Origin: Alphaproteobacteria bacterium
Lineage (GTDB): Bacteria; Pseudomonadota; Alphaproteobacteria; UBA9219; RFNS01
NCBI GenBank assembly: GCA_017996055.1
Contig: JAGOHT010000002.1
Coordinates: 1 to 37,015, forward strand
Direction of reading: 5' to 3'
DNA: 37,015 bases
A program made the position numbers and the translations under genes. Positions 9,027 through 17,053 of this stretch are shown here, in pieces; positions within the stretch are counted from its first letter, which is position 1; the number at the start of each line of letters is the position of its first letter. The notes below the pieces were generated by a model. The model was not told the origin of the DNA. It ran no database searches and was given only the letters and a program-made list of their open reading frames with translations.

Positions 9027-9677
9027 ATGTCCGATTCTTATGCCGAGCAGGAAATTCAACGTCGCGGGCTGATGCTCGTGCTGTCTTCGCCTTCCGGCGC
9101 GGGCAAGACGACGATTTCGCGCCGTCTGCTCTCGCTCGATAGCCATTTGGCGCTCTCCATCTCGGTGACGACGCGGCAGCGCCGCCCGGGCGAGCTGCAT
9201 GGCACGCATTACTTCTTTCATGACACGACCGAATTCAACCTGATGGTCAATCGTGGCGAATTGCTGGAGCACGCTAAAGTCTTCGGCAATTATTACGGCA
9301 CACCGCGCGCGCCTGTGGAAGCGCATTTGGCAGCGGGACGTGATGTGCTCTTTGATATCGATTGGCAGGGCACGCAGCAGCTGGTGGAAAAAGCTCGCGA
9401 TGATTTGGTGAGCGTGTTTATTCTGCCGCCGTCATGGCGCGAGTTGGAGCGGCGCATCCATACGCGCGCACAGGATACGGCGGAGGAAATTGCGCGGCGT
9501 ATGGCGAAGGCGGCGGACGAGATGAGCCATTGGGCGGAATATGACTACGTCATCGTCAACCGCGATCTCGACGCCAGCGTGGCGCATATTCAGGCCATTT
9601 TGCATAGCGAACGCCTCAAACGTCGCCGGCAGGTCGGCCTCTCGGAATTCGTCAAGGCGCTGCAGCAGGGGCTATAA
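9027..9677 (+). CDS. gmk: guanylate kinase
   Basis: 216 aa. P-loop LVLSSPSGAGKTTISRRLL, and the blocks SVTTRQRRPGE..G..Y.F and GNYYGTP. Confidence 0.95.
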   Translation: MSDSYAEQEIQRRGLMLVLSSPSGAGKTTISRRLLSLDSHLALSISVTTRQRRPGELHGTHYFFHDTTEFNLMVNRGELLEHAKVFGNYYGTPRAPVEAHLAAGRDVLFDIDWQGTQQLVEKARDDLVSVFILPPSWRELERRIHTRAQDTAEEIARRMAKAADEMSHWAEYDYVIVNRDLDASVAHIQAILHSERLKRRRQVGLSEFVKALQQGL

Positions 9678-9678
9678 T

Positions 9679-10539
9679 CTACCATACCCGCGGCACGCGA
9701 CCGCCTTTGGCGTAGAACTGCTGCTTAAGCAGATAGCCTGGGTCAGCGTGCTTTTTGCGCTTCGGCGGATTAATCAGCTCTTTCAAACGCAGCATATTGG
9801 TTTTGACTGTCGCTTTTTCCTTGGCGGTTGGGGCTTGCGGCCTTAGCTGCATCAAGCCATCAAACATCGCGCAAAGAACCACAGCGGCTTGTCGGAAACT
9901 GCCGCCCTGGGTCTGGTCGTGCGCGGCGGTCACAATATCCTTTGGCGTGCCGCGCATGATGGTGTTGCGCTGCCCTTGTGTATCATCAAAATAGGACAGA
10001 ATTTTCCCCTGTCGCAGCGTAACGACCACTTGCGGCGCATAGGGGCTTGCCGTAGTTGGGTTCGGCTGGCAGGTGGTATCTGATGCAAGTGCAAAGCCAA
10101 GATAAGTTTTTTGCGATGCCAAATGCTGCTGGGTTTTTTTCAGCAAGTCAGGGTGATCGCGAAGAATGCGGAGCGTCTTGAAAAAATTAGCGCGTTTCGT
10201 GGCGCGCGCGCCATTGACGGCACCAACTTCTTCAAGCTGGTTTTGCATATAAGCAGCTAAAACCACGGGAAAAGCTTGCGCGAGGCTTGGCGTATCGGGC
10301 GTCGTTTTCAACGAATCTTGGATTTTTTCAAGCTTGTGCAACGTGGTGGCAACGTGATTGAAACGCCCCGTCACCAGCTGCTGATCGATGGCGCAGGCGA
10401 TGCCTCTGCCGATATCGCCAAGCGTCTGGGGCGCCTTTTGATTGTGGTCATGCACGAGCCGGTTGAGGCCGTCGAAATTTTGATCCCACACATAAGTATC
10501 AGCGCCGTAAAAGCGCGAAACAATCCCTGACGTCGACAT
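9679..10539 (-). CDS. hypothetical protein (orphan; no motif recognised)
   Basis: Open frame 9679..10551. The listed start is TTG; ATG four codons in (10539) is preferred (MSTSGIVSRFYG...). No signal peptide or TM segment. Basic C-terminal tail PPKRKKHADPGYLLKQQFYAKGGRVPRVW. Its stop lies 1 nt from the gmk stop (convergent). Confidence 0.6.
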   Translation of the reverse strand: MSTSGIVSRFYGADTYVWDQNFDGLNRLVHDHNQKAPQTLGDIGRGIACAIDQQLVTGRFNHVATTLHKLEKIQDSLKTTPDTPSLAQAFPVVLAAYMQNQLEEVGAVNGARATKRANFFKTLRILRDHPDLLKKTQQHLASQKTYLGFALASDTTCQPNPTTASPYAPQVVVTLRQGKILSYFDDTQGQRNTIMRGTPKDIVTAAHDQTQGGSFRQAAVVLCAMFDGLMQLRPQAPTAKEKATVKTNMLRLKELINPPKRKKHADPGYLLKQQFYAKGGRVPRVW

Positions 10540-10633
10540 CGCAATAACCAAAAATAATGAAATTAATAAAATCCAGAACGGTATATTAGCGCAATATTCA
10601 AATTAGGTGAAAGAGGGCTGCCCATAATTACTT

Positions 10634-12868
10634 TCATGGCTGTTGTGCAGCGCGCTGAAAGGCTTGCTGATAGGCCTCGTTCGGGAAGCGACTATTACCG
10701 CCGTAAACAAAGCTTAAGGCAGCACCATAAGATAGGACTTGGTTATCGTCGCTTACAATTATGCTGTTCTGCCCATACCGTTGCATTTGAGCTGGGGTAA
10801 GCCTAACTCCGGATCGCACTTCGGTCTCGCTTAAATCCCGTTTGATGCCAGTGCGCGCAAAACCTGGCCACTGTGTGCCAATGGTGGGCGCGGGGCTTTT
10901 GCTGCCGAGCAATATGCCTGTGCCAGATATAGGGTCTATCCATAGTAGACTATTGGGGAAGACACTCTGAAAGGTTCGGGCAATCGCAGCACCATAGGGT
11001 GGTGACACAAGGTGGAAAGGTAGCCACTGCGCGATGATGCCGTCAGGGGCTAGACGGTCTGCTGCTTGCTGGTAAAATTCTTGTGCATAGAGCGCGTTGA
11101 CACCAGCGAAGGTCGGGGGCATGGGTTCAAGCGTTATGACATCATAGATTTTTGTTGTTCGCCGTAAAAAGGCGCGTCCATCCATGACGATTGGGTGAAC
11201 ACGCTTATCATCAAGCGCGGCTTCGTTGAGCGGGAAATTATGCGCCAGTTTGAAAACGCGCGCATTGATATCGACGATATCAACGGTTTCAAGCGTTTCT
11301 TGGCGCACGGCGTTGGCGGTGCGGCCCGTGCCAAAGCAGATGACCAAAGCTTGCTTGGGGCTCGGGTGCGCGATCATCGGAAGATGCCCCATCCATGGCA
11401 TGTAGTGCGAAGCGGCAAACTCTGTCGCGGCGACAAAGCCGTTGATGACGAGTGCATTGCCGTCCGTATATGCAATCGCTGAGACTGTCGCCTCCGGTCC
11501 TTCATAATATTCTAAGATTTTTTGCGGCACGCGCCCAATATTGACCCAGCCTTGCACATGGGTGCGCCCAACGCCGGATTCTCCCGCGATGGCGATGATG
11601 AGTGCGATAATGCCTAGCGCGCCGGTCTGCCAACGCTGCCGTGGTATGCTGAGTACAAGACCCGCTATGATAACTAAAGTTCCGGCAATCCAGGCAGTAC
11701 GGGCAAAGCCTATCGTTGGCAGTAAGAGCCAGGCGGCGGTCAGCGCCCCAAAAATCGCTGACAAAGTATTCAGCGTATAGAGCCTGCTCCATTGTCGCGG
11801 CGTGTATTGTTCGCTGAGTAGCCAAGGGAGGGCGACGCCAAGCAGTGCGACGGGTGGGCCAATGACGAGCAATGTATAAACGAACCAATCAACGACATTG
11901 AGCGGCGGCGCGCGATATGGAATTAAATCAAAACGCTCGACAAGCGGCGTGGCGACGAGAATGAGCGCGCCAGCGACTCCCACAATCATTCCGAGCGAGA
12001 CTTGCATTTTCTTGAGAATGGGCACGATAGCCGCCGCAATGCCCAACGCCAGGAGCAAGGCTGAGAGCATAATTGCGAAGGCGCTTGTTGTACTCTGAAA
12101 CGCTGCGGTCAGGGAGCGGAACCAGGCCACTTGCAGCAAAAAAGTGCTGAAGCCGGTTATGGCCACACAAAACTGTGCTGAAAATGTAGGATTCGCAACA
12201 TTGGTGATTTGTTGTGAGGTTGCGATTGTTTCCGCTATCACGGGGCTGTGTTTGGCTTGCGCTAAGATATATGCTGCCAACCCGACGCCAAGATTGATAG
12301 CGGCGATGGTGAAAATACTGTGTTGGATGCCGCCCAGCGGGAGAAGGATGAAGGCGGCGACGAGCGCGCCCAGGGCAGCACCCAGCGTATTGAGCCCGTA
12401 TAGCAGAGCGATAGAGGAACCATATTGCCGCGCCACCAGCCCGAAGACCGGCACCGTAGCCCCCATGCAGAGGGTTGGTATACCAAGTACCAGAACAATA
12501 CCGCTCACGTGCGCCAGGGGGGCGAAAGCAGGGGTAGCCGCATAAACCCAGCTATCGAGCTGGGCGACGGCGGCAAACCCGGCGCTCAGCAAACAACCGG
12601 ACAGTCCGATGATGATTTCGAGCGCGGCATAGAGCTTGAGCGGCGGGATTTTGCTGCCATGCTGCAAAGCGCGCCCCATGAGCAGGGAGCCGATACCCAT
12701 CCCACCCATAGTGGCTACCAGCGTTATGGCCGTACCCCAGGCGGAGACGCCAAGCGCTAGCGACGCCTTAATTTGCCAGATGACCTCCCACGAAAGCGCC
12801 GCAAGGCCAGACGAAAGAGTAAGGAGATAAATAAGTATGCGTGGCTGGGGGACGCGAGGGCTGAGCAT
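10634..12868 (-). CDS. fused polytopic membrane domain / spermidine-synthase-like (class I SAM-MTase fold) protein
   Basis: The N-terminal ~480 aa are a chain of hydrophobic helices. The C-terminal part has an aminopropyltransferase-like fold (ALVICFGTGRTANAV...VDIVDIN...MDGRAFLRRTTKIYDVITLEPMPP). ATG at 12868 (MLSPRVPQPRILIYLL) is preferred over the upstream start at 12958. Confidence 0.8.
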   Translation of the reverse strand: MLSPRVPQPRILIYLLTLSSGLAALSWEVIWQIKASLALGVSAWGTAITLVATMGGMGIGSLLMGRALQHGSKIPPLKLYAALEIIIGLSGCLLSAGFAAVAQLDSWVYAATPAFAPLAHVSGIVLVLGIPTLCMGATVPVFGLVARQYGSSIALLYGLNTLGAALGALVAAFILLPLGGIQHSIFTIAAINLGVGLAAYILAQAKHSPVIAETIATSQQITNVANPTFSAQFCVAITGFSTFLLQVAWFRSLTAAFQSTTSAFAIMLSALLLALGIAAAIVPILKKMQVSLGMIVGVAGALILVATPLVERFDLIPYRAPPLNVVDWFVYTLLVIGPPVALLGVALPWLLSEQYTPRQWSRLYTLNTLSAIFGALTAAWLLLPTIGFARTAWIAGTLVIIAGLVLSIPRQRWQTGALGIIALIIAIAGESGVGRTHVQGWVNIGRVPQKILEYYEGPEATVSAIAYTDGNALVINGFVAATEFAASHYMPWMGHLPMIAHPSPKQALVICFGTGRTANAVRQETLETVDIVDINARVFKLAHNFPLNEAALDDKRVHPIVMDGRAFLRRTTKIYDVITLEPMPPTFAGVNALYAQEFYQQAADRLAPDGIIAQWLPFHLVSPPYGAAIARTFQSVFPNSLLWIDPISGTGILLGSKSPAPTIGTQWPGFARTGIKRDLSETEVRSGVRLTPAQMQRYGQNSIIVSDDNQVLSYGAALSFVYGGNSRFPNEAYQQAFQRAAQQP

Positions 12869-13038
12869 ATTAATTGTTACAGCTTTCAAAGTGTTGCGAC
12901 AGTGTGTGGCGTCTAGATAGACTACAATATATGCAGCACACAGCCATTGGACTATCACTATTCGATGGTGACAACGTCTATGTTTATCGTAGCATGAAGC
13001 TTAGATTCTCCATCAGACCGTCTTAAGAGGAACTAACC

Positions 13039-13488
13039 ATGCGTATTGCTGCTGCTTGCCTGACTGCTCTGTTTTGTTGTGCTGCCCTGCCGAGCCAGGC
13101 AGCTAGCCCCGTGGAATCGGGAGCCTTTTTGGCAAAGGCTGAAAAGGAAGTGGACACGATAAAGCTGAGTTCTGGGGTGTTGGTTCAGACTATCAAGAAA
13201 GGCGAGGGCGCGACGCCAACGGCGGGCAGCAGTGTCAGCGTCAATTATCGTGGGACGACGATTAGCGGTATTGAGTTTGACAGTTCTTATAATCGTGGTC
13301 GGCCTTCGAACTTCAGCTTAAGCGGGGTTATTCCGTGCTGGACGCAGGGGATTCAAAAAATGCAAGTTGGCGGCAAGGCGAAGCTGACTTGTCCGGCAGA
13401 CACGGCCTATGGCGAGAGCAGCCCAACGCCGCTGATTCCGCCTGGCTCAGTGCTGGTTTTTGAAGTGGAATTGCTGGGGGTTGAGTGA
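13039..13488 (+). CDS. FKBP-type peptidyl-prolyl cis-trans isomerase, secreted
   Basis: 149 aa. Signal peptide ending SQA-AS. FKBP core VNYRGTTISGIEFDSSY...FSLSGVIPCWTQGIQKMQVGGKAKLTCPADTAYG...IPPGSVLVFEVELLGV. Confidence 0.92.
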   Translation: MRIAAACLTALFCCAALPSQAASPVESGAFLAKAEKEVDTIKLSSGVLVQTIKKGEGATPTAGSSVSVNYRGTTISGIEFDSSYNRGRPSNFSLSGVIPCWTQGIQKMQVGGKAKLTCPADTAYGESSPTPLIPPGSVLVFEVELLGVE

Positions 13489-13586
13489 GGGTAGTTACGT
13501 ATTAGTCATATTCATACACCAGTTGGAAAATCTAGCTTCCTCAGAATTACGAGTGGGTAATTTATACTGGACAATAAATGGCGCGA

Positions 13587-14252
13587 TCATCGTCCAACAA
13601 TGACGTGGACGGCAGCGACTATTTTTGCCGACCGGGTCCATGTCTCTGATGGTTTATGCTGGCGGCAAATTATATTGCCATTCGACCAACTTACGAATTC
13701 TTTGGTATAGGTTTGGCCATTTTTCAACTCTACTAAGCAGTCCTGGCCTGTTTTGGGTGGGATATTTGATACGCAGTAGACTAATTCGCCTTGATGGAAA
13801 CGTGGTTCCATACTGTCGCCTGAAACATAAGTTGCGAAGGCATGACGTATTCCTTCTTGTTTGGGGTGTCGCGGTGCGGTGCCGATATGCTCACTTATCT
13901 GAGCCGCATTACCGTCAGATAAAATACTACTGTGACCTAATATAGGAACAGTGTGCGGATCTTGTGAAATACGTTTGGGGTCTTTGCCACAATACTTTAT
14001 TTCAGGCTGAGGGATATTATCCCCGAGCAGTTCATTGCTACTAATCTCAAGCGCCTTTGCCAGCGCAACCATTTCACGAAATGTTTTTGTTCTTCCATTT
14101 TCAAGAGAAGAAATTTCGGCTTGGGTTGTAGTTGTTCCAGATTGTTTACGCATTTTTACAGCCAAAGCTTCGGCGCTTATTCCGAGATCCTTACGCCGTT
14201 GACGTACACGTTCACCAAGCAATTTATTTGATGCGTTGCCCAACAAGGTCAT
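13587..14252 (-). CDS. XRE-family HTH / S24 (LexA/CI-like) peptidase repressor
   Basis: 221 aa. N-terminal HTH LGERVRQRRKDLGISAEALAVKM...ISSLENG. C-terminal S24 motif VSGDSMEP, with a downstream Lys in TYTKEF. Confidence 0.85.
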   Translation of the reverse strand: MTLLGNASNKLLGERVRQRRKDLGISAEALAVKMRKQSGTTTTQAEISSLENGRTKTFREMVALAKALEISSNELLGDNIPQPEIKYCGKDPKRISQDPHTVPILGHSSILSDGNAAQISEHIGTAPRHPKQEGIRHAFATYVSGDSMEPRFHQGELVYCVSNIPPKTGQDCLVELKNGQTYTKEFVSWSNGNIICRQHKPSETWTRSAKIVAAVHVIVGR

Positions 14253-14485
14253 GTGGTTATCATAAGTTGGTTATTGATCCCTATATTTAATGTTACAGAA
14301 CAGAATATATCTGGGTAAGTTCATTACAAAATGTGGTGGAGCGTATTTATAACATTTGGTTTATGATCGGCAGGCTCGTTTCTTTGTTTAAATGTAGCAA
14401 AGCCATGTTATTGATTTTCTTGGTGGTGTCATTGTATCAATGATGCCGATTGGCCAGGCTCAAGCACGACCAGCGCAAGCCTCTG

Positions 14486-15316
14486 CTATTTTGGAACACG
14501 TTTGTTTTTGGCCATATCTTTCAAATAAGCGATCAGGTCGGTGATCACGGCCTCCCTGTCATTCGCTGCGACACCCAAAGGTGGCATGGACGCATTCAAG
14601 CGAATAGCGTTAGGATTCTCGATCCATTTCCTCAGCCAGCCTTCATTGTAATATTCCGTGATATTGACAGGAAAATTCAGCTCCGGGGCTTTACCGCCGC
14701 CTTCACCATTGACGGTATGACAAGCGATACAGTTTTTACTAAAAGCGATAAACCCGCGTTTAACGCTTAGCGCGCTGTCGGCTGACGGTGCCGTTTGAGG
14801 AAAGCGGTCGGCAAAATTTATCAAATCAAGCCCCACAATCTGATAAGCCCAATCCTCGGTTGCGGATTGATTGCCTGCCTCCCACACCAGATAATAAGGC
14901 CCCAATTGAATGGTCTTGTTAGCCTCTGCTTTGTTGACCAAAGAAAAGTCTGTTTGACCCACACGCTCGAAGGCCAGATAGGCCGGCACGCGGCTAAAAG
15001 TTTCATGGGGCAAGAAGGGCTGAAAGCCATCGGAACAAGTGAATAGTATTCCTTCAGCTTCCTTGCTTTGTTGCCCGTAAACTTTCTCGAGAAGCGCCGT
15101 TAATGAGACGACCTTATAAATAATGGTGGTTAGTGCTAGCGCATCGACGATGGATTTTTCCTCAGGCGGAACAAGGGTCGTTATTTCCTTTAGTGAAAGC
15201 TTTTTTACGACCTGCCCATGGTTCTTGAAAATAAATTCAGAAGTGGCAGCAAAACTATCGGTGCCGGAAAATAGCAGCACACAAACGAGGATCATTCTTA
15301 TCAGTAAAGAGCGCAT
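14486..15316 (-). CDS. secreted c-type cytochrome with an N-terminal ~180-aa domain resembling a molybdopterin-oxidoreductase (SUOX-like) fold
   Basis: 276 aa. Signal peptide MRSLLIRMILVCVLLFSGTDSFA. Single heme motif CIACH near the C-terminus, followed by MPP. The assignment of the N-terminal domain is tentative (pattern LFTCSDGF...LAFE...LGPYYLVWE). Confidence 0.75.
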   Translation of the reverse strand: MRSLLIRMILVCVLLFSGTDSFAATSEFIFKNHGQVVKKLSLKEITTLVPPEEKSIVDALALTTIIYKVVSLTALLEKVYGQQSKEAEGILFTCSDGFQPFLPHETFSRVPAYLAFERVGQTDFSLVNKAEANKTIQLGPYYLVWEAGNQSATEDWAYQIVGLDLINFADRFPQTAPSADSALSVKRGFIAFSKNCIACHTVNGEGGGKAPELNFPVNITEYYNEGWLRKWIENPNAIRLNASMPPLGVAANDREAVITDLIAYLKDMAKNKRVPK

Positions 15317-15500
15317 TCAAACTTCTCCGATAAATTGCCAAGCTTTGGCAGTAGGTCATTGGCCGCCACCACAGATTTCACTTCTTTAACATGTACCCAT
15401 TCATTAGATAGTGTCTGTCATTTTGATGGCCGCGTGTTAAATTTGTTCTTGCCCATGAATCTTAAAATACAGCAGGGCATCCTAGTTTGAGCTTTGGTGA

Positions 15501-16412
15501 ATGTTTGGCACCGTGATACCACAAATCCCGAAGCTACAAGAATTCAGGTGCTATCCTGCGGTTTTGCTCATTACGTTGCTCATTATCGGCATCACGGTTG
15601 CCTGGTGGGCAAAGGTTGATGTTTCGTGTTTGTTTGAAACAGCTGAAATTCGACGTGGTCAACTTTGGCGACTTTTTACAGGTGGCTTTATTCACGGTGA
15701 TATACTGCATCTCGCGTTTAATTTGTATTGGTTATGGGTATTTGCGCCATCAGTAGAAAAAAATTACGGGAAGCTAAACTTCATTCTGCTGATTTTATTA
15801 TTTGGAATTGGTTCCGGAGCTTTGGAATTTGCTTTTGATGAGGGGGGAATAGGTTTTTCCGGAGTTCTATACGGTCTCTTTGGTATGCTTTGGATTGTCG
15901 CTCGGTATGATGATCGTTTTCGGGATGTCGTTAATAAGGATGTTTCTTTAGTATTTTTTGGCTTGTTTGTGATTTGCATTTTTGCGCGCTACGTTTTTCA
16001 GTTGAATATCGGTAATATTGCGCATGCTGCTGGCTTAGCGCTTGGGGTTCTTGTTGGCTGCTACAAGGTTTCCACCAGAGCGAAATATCTATTAAAATCA
16101 TGTATCGTATGTTTCGTCTTGCTGAGCGTGCTTGGGGCAACAATATTCAGGCCGGTCTTAAACAAATCTGATTTTGGAGGTCGTGCCGAGGCTGGCTGGG
16201 GCTATGAAGCGCTTCAAGCTCACGATTTTGCTGTCGCAGTCTGGTGGTTACGCGATGCTGTAGTTTATAGATCCAGCGATGCTGACTCTTGGCATAATCT
16301 AGGTTTAGCCTACCAGGCTCTTGGCGATTCTAATCGAGCAGAATTAGCGTTTCATGAAGCGCAGGCGTTGCGCTCGAATAAATCAGAATCTGCTGTGCCT
16401 ACAAAGAAATAG
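15501..16412 (+). CDS. rhomboid-family intramembrane serine protease with a C-terminal TPR-like tail
   Basis: 303 aa. Rhomboid motifs HGDILHLAFNLYWLW, GFSGVLYGLFG (GxSG) and AHAAGLALG. The C-terminus WHNLGLAYQALGDSNRAELAFHEAQAL is TPR-like. Very AT-rich gene. Confidence 0.85.
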   Translation: MFGTVIPQIPKLQEFRCYPAVLLITLLIIGITVAWWAKVDVSCLFETAEIRRGQLWRLFTGGFIHGDILHLAFNLYWLWVFAPSVEKNYGKLNFILLILLFGIGSGALEFAFDEGGIGFSGVLYGLFGMLWIVARYDDRFRDVVNKDVSLVFFGLFVICIFARYVFQLNIGNIAHAAGLALGVLVGCYKVSTRAKYLLKSCIVCFVLLSVLGATIFRPVLNKSDFGGRAEAGWGYEALQAHDFAVAVWWLRDAVVYRSSDADSWHNLGLAYQALGDSNRAELAFHEAQALRSNKSESAVPTKK

Positions 16413-16528
16413 ATTTGGGTAAGGAGAGCTCTGCCGACTATCTAATCCGGCCGCGTATTGTCATGATGATAGTGGTGGTCATCACTTGCGGCGATGGGAA
16501 ACTTGTGAACTTGATGAAACGCTAACTA

Positions 16529-16549
16529 TTTGAGTCATGATGACTCAAA
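16529..16549. repeat. perfect 21-bp palindrome TTTGAGTCAT-G-ATGACTCAAA
   Basis: Read directly. Arms 16529-16538 and 16540-16549. The flanking CTA/TAG extend it with a 1-nt bulge. There is no U-tract on either strand. Confidence 0.8.
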
Positions 16550-16588
16550 ATAGCTCGGCGCTGAAAACAGCTAGTCCGTTGTTAAGAT

Positions 16589-16635
16589 TGGTGAGTGCAG
16601 TAGGGATTGAACCTACGACTCCTACCGTGTGAAGC
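16589..16635 (-). pseudogene. tRNA-Val(CAC)-like 3' half (anticodon loop to CCA), copy 1; not an intact tRNA
   Basis: The minus strand reads GCTTCACACGGTAGGAGTCGTAGGTTCAATCCCTACTGCACTCACCA. The T arm is GTAGG-TTCAATC-CCTAC, the acceptor 3' strand is followed by A-CCA, and the anticodon-loop-like segment is TTCACAC. The 5' half does not fold (D and anticodon stems fail). Confidence 0.7.
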
Positions 16636-16731
16636 TTGTCCAACATAACGTAATCAATGCACTGGATGCATTGAATAGCATAAACATTTCCACAATTCCC
16701 ATGCTTCCCCATATTTTACGTTACAGTGTAA
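16589..16731 (-). repeat. direct repeat unit, copy 1 (tRNA-half core plus ~95-bp diverged arm)
   Basis: Shares blocks with 24888-25030 in the same register: the 47/48-nt core, TCAATGC at offset 65, and TTACA(G/C)TGTAA at offset 132. Confidence 0.7.
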
Positions 16732-16869
16732 TGTGTTTCCTATCACAAAAAGGCTGAATTGGTCATTGGTGAACACGTTGAATTTCCAACAGATTTTATG
16801 CCCTTTTCACTTTAGACACTTCTGATACGTAAATCGCCCTAGGCTTTTCCTGACTATGAAAGGAAGCCA

Positions 16870-16959
16870 ATGGACGCGCTTTACATTTTTCTAGCAATCG
16901 ACTTTTTCGCCCTGTCTGTCGGACTCGTCGTGTTTAGCAGCCGATTGATGGAGTCATGA
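16870..16959 (+). CDS. candidate 29-aa hydrophobic peptide immediately upstream of kdpF
   Basis: AGGAAG sits 4 nt before the ATG. The product MDALYIFLAIDFFALSVGLVVFSSRLMES has one predicted TM helix. Its stop is 1 nt before the kdpF GTG. It is not in the ORF track because it is too short. Confidence 0.35.
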   Translation: MDALYIFLAIDFFALSVGLVVFSSRLMES

Positions 16960-16960
16960 C

Positions 16961-17053
16961 GTGACCGTACTTTACCTTATCGTGGGCGGCGTTGCGCTGG
17001 TGCTTATGATCTATCTCTTCGTCGCTTTGCTGAAGCCGGAGATTTTCCCATGA
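16961..17053 (+). CDS. kdpF: K+-transporting ATPase subunit F
   Basis: 30 aa with a GTG start: (M)TVLYLIVGGVALVLMIYLFVALLKPEIFP. The tail resembles the E. coli KdpF tail YLVYALINAEAF. Its stop overlaps the kdpA ATG (ATGA). Confidence 0.8.
   Translation: MTVLYLIVGGVALVLMIYLFVALLKPEIFP

Noticed and set aside
12869-12958. Longer N-terminus (start at 12958) for the fused membrane/spermidine-synthase-like protein
   Set aside because: The extra 30 residues (MIVQWLCAAYIVVYLDATHCRNTLKAVTIN) precede a good ATG whose product starts with a typical basic stretch followed by the first TM helix. The upstream part is AT-rich promoter-like DNA. The shorter model was kept, but with uncertainty.
15335-15365. 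Sigma-54-like TGGCA...TTGG element and TGCCAA-gct-TTGGCA palindrome between the cytochrome c and rhomboid genes
   Set aside because: The GG-N10-GC spacing required for a -24/-12 promoter is not met, and the palindrome is short (6-bp arms).
16589-16664. Possible intact 76-nt tRNA on the minus strand (the 5' acceptor candidate CAGTGCA pairs 6/7 with the 3' strand)
   Set aside because: When folded by hand, the D stem (GATT/TTGG) does not pair and the anticodon stem (CAAGC/GGTAG) pairs only 3/5. Positions 8-11 are atypical. I treat it as a tRNA 3'-half remnant. Copy 2 lacks even the acceptor complement.
16665-16869. Riboswitch (for example c-di-AMP type) or a KdpE direct-repeat site upstream of kdp
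   Set aside because: No conserved riboswitch core was recognised by eye. The T-rich TTTACGTTACAGTGTAA segment is also present in the second repeat copy downstream of kdpE. It therefore belongs to the repeat unit and is not demonstrably a KdpE site.
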